Of a stretch of DNA of 32,000 nt, positions 17,787 to 25,020 are shown piece by piece. The DNA is taken from NCBI GenBank assembly GCA_000091165.1, contig FP565575.1:1710001-1742000 (forward strand), in the 5' to 3' direction. Below the pieces are notes generated by a model that saw only the letters and a program-made list of their open reading frames with translations, was not told the DNA's origin and ran no database searches. A program made the position numbers and the translations under genes. This DNA comes from Candidatus Methylomirabilis oxygeniifera. GTDB taxonomy: Bacteria > Methylomirabilota > Methylomirabilia > Methylomirabilales > Methylomirabilaceae. The number at the start of each line of letters is the position of its first letter. The stretch's first letter is position 1.

Positions 17787-19331
17787 CTACGGCGCTTGAA
17801 GAACCGTATCGAGGAACTCCCGCGCGACCACTGCGACATCGCGGTGACTGACATCCACATCATAGTTCATCCGGCGCATCGAAGTCTCTGAAATCCGTCC
17901 GGCCAGTCGCTCGATGGCCGTTCGAAGCTCCGGATAATCGGCCAACGTCTCGGTTCGCACGACGGGGATGGCATGGTAGGGCGGGAAATAGCGCCGGTCA
18001 TCCTCGAGCATGGTCAGATCGAGACCCTTGATCAGCCCACTGGTCGCCTCTCCGGCGATCAGATCGACGGAGCCGCCGGCGAGCGCCCGATAGCTCAGCG
18101 TGAGATCCATCACATGCGGCGTCTCGGCGAATCGCAGCCCGTAGGTCCGCACCAGTCCCTTATAGCCGTCCTCGCGTTCCAGGAATTCATATCCGAAGGC
18201 AGCCTTCCAGCCCGGTGTATGCGGCGCCGCATCGCTGATCGTTGTAAGGTTGAGGCGCTGCGCGTCTGCCGCACGGATGAGGATCGCAAAGGTGTTGTTG
18301 AAGCCGAGCGGCGACAGCACCGTACGGCCGGTCGCCGCATAGGCTGCGGTGACGCGCTCAAGCACGTCCGCATGATCCCGCAACACCGGCTGATGGAAAA
18401 TCGCGGTCAGGGCCGTTCCCGTATACTCAACGTAGGCATCAATGGCGCCGGACTGCAGCGCCTGATCGCTGATAAACGTGCCGCCCAGATTGAGGCGGCG
18501 TTCGACGCTGAGATCGGTCGTCTGCTCGATCACCTGGGCCAACAGTTCGCCGAGAATCACCTGTTCTGAAAAATTCTTCGATCCGATGATGACCCGAGAG
18601 TCCCAGCGCCCAGAGACGGCATAGCCGCCCATGACGATCAGGGTCAACGCAATACCGGCGACCGTCAGTGTGCGGACCGTCACACGCTGCGATCTGGCGG
18701 CCCCAGGCGTCAAGGCGCGCTCCAGCCATCCGAGCGAGCCGTCCACCACAAGGGCCAGGAGCGCGGCCGGCACCGCACCCGCAAGGATCAGGGTCGGCTC
18801 GGTCATGGAGAGACCCCGGAAGATATAGTCGCCGAGCCCTCCCGCGCCAATGGCAGCGGCAATCGTCGCCGCCCCCACGCCGACCACCGCCGCCACCCGC
18901 ACCCCCGCCACCATCGTGGGCATCGCGAGCGGCAACTCGACCTGCAGCAGCAACTGTTGCGGCGTCATCCCCAGGGCCACACCCGCATCCCGCGCAGCCC
19001 GATCGATCCCCTGAATGCCCGCGACCGTATTGCGCATGACCGGCAGCAGCGCATACAGGATGAGTACGAGCAGCGCGCTTCGGGTACCGACCCCTCCAAT
19101 AAGGGGCAGCGCAACCAGAAACCCGAACATGGCGAGGCTAGGCACCGTCTGCGCGATATTGGCGAAGGTCAGCAGCACCGCACCCAGCCGAGGACGTCGT
19201 GTCGCCACGATCCCAAGCGGCACCGCGATGGCGATCGCCGCCGCAGTCGCGACCAGCGTGAGCAGCAGATGCTGAGCGATGGCGCTCAGCATGTCGGCCC
19301 GATGAGCGATCCAGAAGTTAAGCAGATTCAC
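17787..19331 (-). CDS. Fused ABC transporter permease + OpuAC/OpuBC-type quaternary-amine substrate-binding domain
   Basis: The N-terminal half has ~6 TM helices of the binding-protein-dependent permease type. The C-terminal half starts VIIGSKNFSEQVILGELLAQVIEQ, typical of betaine/choline-type SBPs. Start chosen at GTG 19331 (VNLLNFWIAHRADML), overlapping the ATPase stop by 14 nt. An alternative ATG is at 19292. Confidence 0.8.
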   Translation of the reverse strand: MNLLNFWIAHRADMLSAIAQHLLLTLVATAAAIAIAVPLGIVATRRPRLGAVLLTFANIAQTVPSLAMFGFLVALPLIGGVGTRSALLVLILYALLPVMRNTVAGIQGIDRAARDAGVALGMTPQQLLLQVELPLAMPTMVAGVRVAAVVGVGAATIAAAIGAGGLGDYIFRGLSMTEPTLILAGAVPAALLALVVDGSLGWLERALTPGAARSQRVTVRTLTVAGIALTLIVMGGYAVSGRWDSRVIIGSKNFSEQVILGELLAQVIEQTTDLSVERRLNLGGTFISDQALQSGAIDAYVEYTGTALTAIFHQPVLRDHADVLERVTAAYAATGRTVLSPLGFNNTFAILIRAADAQRLNLTTISDAAPHTPGWKAAFGYEFLEREDGYKGLVRTYGLRFAETPHVMDLTLSYRALAGGSVDLIAGEATSGLIKGLDLTMLEDDRRYFPPYHAIPVVRTETLADYPELRTAIERLAGRISETSMRRMNYDVDVSHRDVAVVAREFLDTVLQAP

Positions 19332-20085
19332 TGGCGACAACCGGTACCGGCGGCATGGCGTCGAGGAACATCCGAATCCTCGGATCGCCCGTGCGGGCGA
19401 CCGCCTCCGGCGTATCGAGGGCGACGAGGCGTCCCTGATCCAGGACGCCAAGTCGGGTGGCAAGCGCAAACGCTTCACCCATGTCGTGCGATACCATGAC
19501 GACGGTTTTGTGAAGCTGTTCCTGGATGCGGCGGAACTCGCGATGCAGTTCGGCTCGCGTCAGCGGATCGAGCGCGCCGAACGGCTCATCCATCAGGATG
19601 ACTGGGGGGTCGGCGGCAAGCGCCCTGGCGAATCCCACTCGTTGGCGCTGCCCGCCTGAAAGCTCGTGGGGAAATCGCCCCTCAAAGGTTGGGGGATCAA
19701 GCCCGACAAGCTCCAACAGCTCCCGGCAGCGCGCATCGATACGAGCTTCCGGCCACCCGTTCAGGTGCGGCACAACCCCGACGTTACGGCCGATGGTCAT
19801 GTGTGGAAACAGGCCGACCTCCTGCAGGACATAGCCGGTTCGGCGGCGTAAGGCGATCGGGTCCCACTCGGATGTCGCCCGGCCCTCGACCCGAACCTCG
19901 CCGGCACTCGGGACGAGGAGATGGTTGATCAGCCGAAGAATAGTCGTCTTCCCGACGCCGCTCCGGCCCACAAGGACCAGCACCGTGCCGCGCTCTACGG
20001 TGAAGCTGACATCATCAAGAATCACCGCGCCGCCTGGGGCTCGGTAATGCACGCGCGCAAACTCAATCACAGACAGGTCATTCAT
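19318..20085 (-). CDS. ABC transporter ATP-binding protein (no C-terminal CBS domains)
   Basis: Walker A GRSGVGKTT, signature LSGGQRQRV, Walker B ILMDEPFGALD, H-loop SHD. 255 aa. Confidence 0.9.
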   Translation of the reverse strand: MNDLSVIEFARVHYRAPGGAVILDDVSFTVERGTVLVLVGRSGVGKTTILRLINHLLVPSAGEVRVEGRATSEWDPIALRRRTGYVLQEVGLFPHMTIGRNVGVVPHLNGWPEARIDARCRELLELVGLDPPTFEGRFPHELSGGQRQRVGFARALAADPPVILMDEPFGALDPLTRAELHREFRRIQEQLHKTVVMVSHDMGEAFALATRLGVLDQGRLVALDTPEAVARTGDPRIRMFLDAMPPVPVVASESA

Positions 20086-20127
20086 AACTGAAGGGAAGAA
20101 ACGATTGGATCATCACAGGCGGGATGA

Positions 20128-21102
20128 TCAGGAGGTCAGGAACAGGCAAAATTGATCCTGAGGATCGGTAAAGCGACCAAGGACCTGAAAGCCGTGGCGG
20201 GTGAGCAGCCATTCCATTCCCGACCGGGAATACTTATGACAGTTTTCTGTATGGATGGTTTCACCCTGTCGAAGATCGACATCAAGGTCCAGATCGGCGA
20301 TCCTCACGCATTGATCGCGCAGACTGACCAGGTGCATCTCGATCCGGCTGCGCTCGTGATTCCACACTGCCCGATGTCGAAATGTCGCCGGATCGAAGTT
20401 TGCGGATAGCTCCCGGTTGAGCCGCACCAGAATGTTCAGATTGAACTGTGCAGTCACACCTTGGGCGTCATCATAGGCGGCTTCCAGGACGGCCGGGTCT
20501 TTGATCAGGTCGACGCCAAGCAGCAGCCGGTCTATCGGACGCAAATGACGACGGAGCATCGTGAAAAACCCGGCGATCTCGTCCTCCGCAAAGTTGCCGA
20601 TAGTCGAGCCCAGAAAGGCGACCAGCCTGGGGCTGCTCGCGTCTGTTGCGAGGTAGCCCAGCCCATCCTCAAATTCGGCCGCGACCCCCACAACGCACAG
20701 GCGCGGGTAGTCATGCAAGAGCTGTCGCGTCCCGTTCTCCAATCCGGCGGGTGAGATATCAACGGCGTAGTAGGTAAGCTCCTGCTGTCTGGCCAGACAA
20801 GAGTCGATCAGATATCGGATCTTTGTGGAGCTGCCGCTGCCAAGCTCGACCAGCGCAAGATCCAGTGGACAATGCCCGATAATGGAAGCAGCATCTCTCT
20901 TGAGAATCGCGGTCTCGGTTCGCGTCAGATAATACTCGGGCAGCTCGCTGATCTGCTCGAACAGCGCGTTGCCTTCAGGATCATAGAAATATTTACATGG
21001 AAGCCGCTTCTTCGACGCGGTCAGCGCCTGTCGGACTTCCTCAGCCAACGTACTCTGAGCATGCCTGAGCGCAATGCCGGTATATCGTTCATCGTCCATC
21101 AC
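20128..21102 (-). CDS. egtD: EgtD-like L-histidine N-alpha-methyltransferase (hercynine synthase family)
   Basis: LPCKYFYDPEGNALFEQISELPEYYLTRTETAIL...LVELGSGSSTKIRYLI closely parallels mycobacterial EgtD (LPPKWFYD..GS.LFD.IT.LPEYYPTR.E..IL...LVELGSG.S.KTR.LL) as I recall it. Confidence 0.8.
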   Translation of the reverse strand: MMDDERYTGIALRHAQSTLAEEVRQALTASKKRLPCKYFYDPEGNALFEQISELPEYYLTRTETAILKRDAASIIGHCPLDLALVELGSGSSTKIRYLIDSCLARQQELTYYAVDISPAGLENGTRQLLHDYPRLCVVGVAAEFEDGLGYLATDASSPRLVAFLGSTIGNFAEDEIAGFFTMLRRHLRPIDRLLLGVDLIKDPAVLEAAYDDAQGVTAQFNLNILVRLNRELSANFDPATFRHRAVWNHERSRIEMHLVSLRDQCVRIADLDLDVDLRQGETIHTENCHKYSRSGMEWLLTRHGFQVLGRFTDPQDQFCLFLTS

Positions 21103-21299
21103 GTCGCCTCACGTCCGCTGTCCGGGTGATACCGTTCTTTCGCCCCACTGTCAAGGAGAAAGAGATGGAAACTATGGTGATTGTACTGCTTTTATGCTAC
21201 AAGTACTACGGTACATAATGAGGTACGGTTGGTTTAAGCGATAGTCGGCCTCAGCCTGTCGGTTCTGAGGCGGATTGTCGCGCAAGAAAGGGAGAGCGC

Positions 21300-21569
21300 A
21301 TGGCGAAGCGCACCAAGCTCCAAATTGGTGTTGAGACTGTTGATGGGATCGATCTCGATTTCCGGACGCTGCGCGAGGAGTGGAACGAGTATGAGACGGA
21401 AGACGGTACCCGGGTTCGAGTGAAGCTTGTTGTAAGCGGCATCATCAGGACCGATCGATACGATCACCAGACAGACCAACCGATCTATGTGGTCCAATCC
21501 GGAAACATCGTCGTAACCAAAGCGCTGGACGAACTGAAAGAAGAGCTGCGCCGGCGGCAACCCGGTTAA
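21300..21569 (+). CDS. Hypothetical small acidic protein
   Basis: 89-aa ORF with AAGGGAGAG upstream. No family recognised. Confidence 0.45.
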   Translation: MAKRTKLQIGVETVDGIDLDFRTLREEWNEYETEDGTRVRVKLVVSGIIRTDRYDHQTDQPIYVVQSGNIVVTKALDELKEELRRRQPG

Positions 21570-21584
21570 GCGCGACGTGATCCT

Positions 21585-21671
21585 GCCGGGGTGGCGGAAC
21601 TGGGAGACGCTCGGGACTTAAAATCCTGCGGGCTTCGGCTCATGCGGGTTCGACTCCCGCCCCCGGCACCA
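21585..21671 (+). tRNA. tRNA-Leu (anticodon UAA), CCA encoded
   Basis: Manual cloverleaf. Acceptor GCCGGGG/CCCCGGC. Anticodon arm CGGGA-CTTAAAA-TCCTG (anticodon TAA). Long variable arm. T-arm GCGGG-TTCGACT-CCCGC. Discriminator A plus CCA. Confidence 0.9.
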
Positions 21672-21710
21672 TTCTGTTTGACAGCGCTCTAAAACCGCTG
21701 GCTGTATTGC

Positions 21711-21750
21711 AAAAAAAAGAGTTAGGCGAAATCGCCTAGCTCTTTTGATT
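21711..21750. terminator. Bidirectional rho-independent terminator-like hairpin (A8 - 12-bp stem - T-rich tail)
   Basis: AAAAAAAAGAGTTAGGCG-aaat-CGCCTAGCTCTTTTGATT. The 12-bp stem has one G.U pair and is flanked by an A-run and a T-run. Confidence 0.5.
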
Positions 21751-21898
21751 GTCTTGGTTGCGGGGGAGGGATGTTTTCAAACCGTTAGCCTTGCACCCAC
21801 TGAAGAATTAGTAACTTAGCTGCGCCTAAGAAATAAGTATAGCCCAATTCTGTAAGAAAACAATAGCTAATTTTCAGAAAGTAAGTTACGTCAAGCTT

Positions 21899-21946
21899 AA
21901 CGTTCAGGCTGTCAACCTTAACGTCGCAGACATTACGCTGAACGTT
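21899..21946. repeat. Perfect 9-bp inverted repeat AACGTTCAG ... CTGAACGTT (30-bp spacer) inside a cluster of TTAACG-like words
   Basis: Read directly from the sequence. Related words: gcTTAACGTtc (21895), ccTTAACGTcg (21917), gccTAACGCgc (21969), ttTAACGCca (22350). Confidence 0.6.
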
Positions 21947-22257
21947 GAGTCCGAACTTCTTAGCCAAGCCTAACGCGCCCACTCGCTCCTTTCTGGCGCA
22001 AGCAGTGCGCCTCTCTCTCGCTCGATCGCATCATCTCGATAGGCCGCGTCCCCCTTTGGTCGTCGTATAGTCCCACGGTCTCCTCGTTCGTTGCCTTGTC
22101 ACCCTCTTCCACGAAAATGGTGAGAGAGAGGAGCTACCTAAAATCAGTCACACTAAACAAAAAGCAGAGCAGATGTCAGCATAGGTCAATACTGTTCCTA
22201 AGTGCCTGGAGAAATAGTTAGTCTTGTAACCATGTGAAGATTTATTTAAAATGAGTG

Positions 22258-22286
22258 TTGACTTCTGAATCGCGATGTTTTATATT
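22258..22286 (+). promoter_or_regulatory. Candidate sigma70-type promoter TTGACT-N17-TATATT for the four-gene module
   Basis: Near-consensus -35 and -10 hexamers with a 17-nt spacer, ~120 bp upstream of the 22409 ATG in AT-rich DNA. Confidence 0.35.
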
Positions 22287-22408
22287 TGCCTAGATTCCTC
22301 GTAGCCTTCCCTTAATCAACACGCCACAGGCCTTCTGTTCTTCCACAAAATTTAACGCCAACCCTTTCACCTTTCCGCTGTACCCACCCCGATTAACTGC
22401 CCACCCCA

Positions 22409-23176
22409 ATGCGTTTAAAACAGGTCAAGATCCCCTCCTTTGCTTTTGATAGCCACTCCAAACTGGCCACCTACCCGAAGGCTTTGGCGTCAGACGGTCA
22501 GATCGTTACCTCTGGGGCGATGGACGTCCTTCTGCATGTGGCCAAGCACCCACCCACATTTGCAATGATCGATGGCCAAACCTACCTCATTTCTAACCTC
22601 CTAAGCTGGCATCTCATCCGGGAGGTACTCGACCGCAATGAATTCGTTGCAGCAATCTGCGATCCCTCGGAGTGCTCGCAGCACGCCGATGTCGAGCGTT
22701 TTGCTCGCTACGACGATGCGCTGCATATCGGACTTGTCAGGACACATACTTCAGCCGCCAAGAGCAGGCCCACTGACACCCGGAAACGGCACTTAGAAGC
22801 AGGACAGATTTGTCCAGTGTGCATCAATTACAGATCGGACAAGGTCAAGCCCCTCGAAGTGCCCATGTCTACTGATCAAAACTGGCGTGCTGTCCGTGCT
22901 CGGGGGCTCGACGGTATAGTCAAGTGTCACCGATGCAGATTCAGGCTCACGCTCAGCCATGAGGAATATAGCCGCTTTCTTGTCTACAGCCTTTCCACGT
23001 CCGAAATCGTCACCATGCGGCTTGACGGGAATCAGCCCGTGATCTGTCCCGTTTGCGCAGCACGAGGCAGGCGCGGGATCGTCCTGATGCGCTGGCACGA
23101 CGATTGTATAGTAACGCGTTGTTCTCACTGCCTCTATGATTTTGAGGCGTACTCGCTCCGCGCCGAGGCGGCATGA
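22409..23176 (+). CDS. Module gene 1: hypothetical protein with two CxxC...CxxC zinc-ribbon motifs
   Basis: 255 aa. C135-P-V-C138 ... C173-H-R-C176 and C213-P-V-C216 ... C238-S-H-C241. The N-terminal ~125 aa are unassigned. No obvious SD. The stop overlaps the next start (ATGA at 23173-23176). Confidence 0.6.
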   Translation: MRLKQVKIPSFAFDSHSKLATYPKALASDGQIVTSGAMDVLLHVAKHPPTFAMIDGQTYLISNLLSWHLIREVLDRNEFVAAICDPSECSQHADVERFARYDDALHIGLVRTHTSAAKSRPTDTRKRHLEAGQICPVCINYRSDKVKPLEVPMSTDQNWRAVRARGLDGIVKCHRCRFRLTLSHEEYSRFLVYSLSTSEIVTMRLDGNQPVICPVCAARGRRGIVLMRWHDDCIVTRCSHCLYDFEAYSLRAEAA

Positions 23177-25020
23177 ATCAGAATTATGTACTGACAGAAT
23201 TCCTCAATCGCACCGGCACTCGCACAGCTACTGAAACCTCTTACTGGAATAGTAATATCATCACCCACATTCGACCGCACCTACTCAACGCCCTGTCCGG
23301 ATTACCAGAGCACACGGTCAGACGCTGGCTTTGGGCACTTCTCAGCGCTGCTGACGTACCTTTCGAGTGTGAAGGGATTCTCGCAGGTGAGCATGTCCTG
23401 CGATATTTAGTCGACCGGCATCTCTCATCCACGCTCTCACTAACGCGCATTAACGCCCGCTCCACAACAGTTTCGTGGCAGCCCAACCCGCTTGACCCGA
23501 CAATTCCACACCAAGTTCTTGATGCACTCTTTCATGCCCTTCGCGGATTATCGCCCGAGCGCACGGCACCTCTCAACAGGCGTCCGCCTCAGAGGGAGGG
23601 AGAGATTTGGTCGTTTTACCTCCAAGCGTTCCCGTTCGGGAAAAAATGTCCCTCCGCACTGCTGTTCGCGACCTGCGGAATCCTCTTGGGTCTGCGACTT
23701 CAACTCTACCACCGGAATGAGCCAGAAACGCTCAAGTGGTACGCAACTGCAGCACGAATGTTGTTTAAGTACTTCAACCACAATAGACTCACCACTCCGA
23801 TTCAGCCACTCAACCGAAAAGACTTCCTGGCGATTGTTGAGTGGAGCCTCCAAGCTCTTACCAAGAACCTCCGGCGGAGCAATGATCCCAAAGCATTACG
23901 CGAACTATACCGCGTTCGCCTCAAGCGACTCTTTGACGGCCATCAAGCCAAAAAACACCCCCATGTGGGGCCAACCAAGAACAACATCAAGACTCCAGAA
24001 CCGGCGATAGCCTCCTACGAACATCGTCCCATGGACGACCTTCCCCCAGAGATGGCCGGCGATGATCCCGCTGCAGCGTCCCTCAACCCGTTACACATTG
24101 ACGAATGCGTCGGTTATGATACAGACGACGATGACGGCACAGCGGGCGATACTGTGATACAGGAGCGTGATCTCGCCATTCATCGCTCCGCGATCTATAC
24201 GCAACCCCCGACCCAGGACGTTGTCCCGCGTAAGCCCTCCCTCTCGTCGAGCGACGTATCACGCTTTATCCTTCACCAATTTCCCTTCTGGTGGGATCCT
24301 CTCCGTGGCGGGATTGGACCACACCGGTTGATCGCTTGGCATAGACAGATCGACGCATGGCTTCAGACCGGCGTCGCAGATGGCCGCCTCTTGGTTCCAC
24401 CCCTTTCCATGTACTACGGCTGGGCTGGGTTCGCCATCACTGAGATTCAGGTAGCTTCCTATCCCACTGACGAGGATGCTCCTACAATTCCTCGGGACTG
24501 CTTCCTCTTCGATCCGGTCCGATGGCTCTTTTTTTACTACCAGCAGACACTCCAAGGACGCTCCTCCTTCATCCCGAAGTCACCAGATGGGTGGAGGCCA
24601 TCGACTCGCTGGATTGCCGTCCCGGTCGCTCCTAGACTTTCACCACTTCTCGCAACTACCCTGAAGTTTCTGGATGCGCACAACGCCCTCGTCGAGGGAG
24701 CCTCGCTCCTGCAGATCCTTACCAGAGATGGAACCCTCACGCCGCTGACGCCACGCCGATTCAAACAGATCCATCGCTCAATACTGAAAAAGACTCAACG
24801 AGACCTGCCGACACCTCCTGCCCTCGCCAGAGCGTTTCATCCGCTTATCACTACCCTGTGCGGACTAGATGAGGTAAGCGCCCGCTACCTCTCACGCCGC
24901 ACGATCACTCGGGGATTCGTCCAATCTCACTATACCCACCTGACTTTCGATCGCTTCTTCCAGGTATGCTACCAGGCCTGGAACATCTTGGACAAATGGT
25001 TGTGCGGGTTCATGGAATGA
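23173..25020 (+). CDS. Module gene 2: large tyrosine-recombinase-like protein with a degenerate catalytic set
   Basis: 615 aa. The C-terminal ~210 aa align by eye to the integrase catalytic domain. GFAITEI (Ala at the Arg-I position); ALARAFHPLITT (Arg-II kept, preceding His lost); YLSRRTITRGFVQSHYTHL (Arg instead of His-III, Tyr in a classic YTHL context). Acidic low-complexity linker at ~aa 285-330. Confidence 0.65.
   Translation: MNQNYVLTEFLNRTGTRTATETSYWNSNIITHIRPHLLNALSGLPEHTVRRWLWALLSAADVPFECEGILAGEHVLRYLVDRHLSSTLSLTRINARSTTVSWQPNPLDPTIPHQVLDALFHALRGLSPERTAPLNRRPPQREGEIWSFYLQAFPFGKKCPSALLFATCGILLGLRLQLYHRNEPETLKWYATAARMLFKYFNHNRLTTPIQPLNRKDFLAIVEWSLQALTKNLRRSNDPKALRELYRVRLKRLFDGHQAKKHPHVGPTKNNIKTPEPAIASYEHRPMDDLPPEMAGDDPAAASLNPLHIDECVGYDTDDDDGTAGDTVIQERDLAIHRSAIYTQPPTQDVVPRKPSLSSSDVSRFILHQFPFWWDPLRGGIGPHRLIAWHRQIDAWLQTGVADGRLLVPPLSMYYGWAGFAITEIQVASYPTDEDAPTIPRDCFLFDPVRWLFFYYQQTLQGRSSFIPKSPDGWRPSTRWIAVPVAPRLSPLLATTLKFLDAHNALVEGASLLQILTRDGTLTPLTPRRFKQIHRSILKKTQRDLPTPPALARAFHPLITTLCGLDEVSARYLSRRTITRGFVQSHYTHLTFDRFFQVCYQAWNILDKWLCGFME

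Noticed and set aside
452-20000. Many long alternative-frame or antisense ORFs in the track that overlap well-supported genes. Examples: 452-835(-), 515-1024(+), 2711-3499(-), 3802-4377(-), 4584-5198(-), 5357-5935(+), 7163-7825(-), 8544-9236(+), 9680-10339(+), 12151-12831(+), 13446-14516(+), 17973-18569(+), 18957-19499(+).
   Set aside because: They lie opposite or out of frame to genes with unmistakable family motifs. Their translations are Arg/Pro/Gly/Ser-rich, as expected from stop-poor off-frames in ~60% GC DNA. None shows a recognisable motif or a ribosome-binding site.
21785-21982. A 65-aa minus-strand ORF in the AT-rich leader.
   Set aside because: It has no SD. Its composition is driven by the AT-rich repeats: the peptide repeats LNV..NV..V mirror the TTAACG/AACGTT DNA words. 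It sits between a terminator and a promoter-like element. It was treated as non-coding.
22409-22800. A ParB/sulfiredoxin-like nuclease fold in the N-terminal half of module gene 1.
   Set aside because: There is only a vague resemblance (PPTFAMIDGQTYLISNLLSWHLI versus P..V....g.y.ii.G.RR..A). The GxRR motif is absent. This is too weak to assert without a profile search.
24966-25016. The longer start (24966) for module gene 3. Similar long starts: glmS (6389), mdh (13011), the protease (16647), the permease (19478) and the TusA-like ORF (1635).
   Set aside because: Each longer version overlaps the preceding well-supported gene by tens of codons, with non-conserved-looking sequence. Internal starts give short gaps or the ATGA/GTG overlaps typical of this region. 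For glmS and mdh they also give canonical N-termini ([18 protein letters not shown]).
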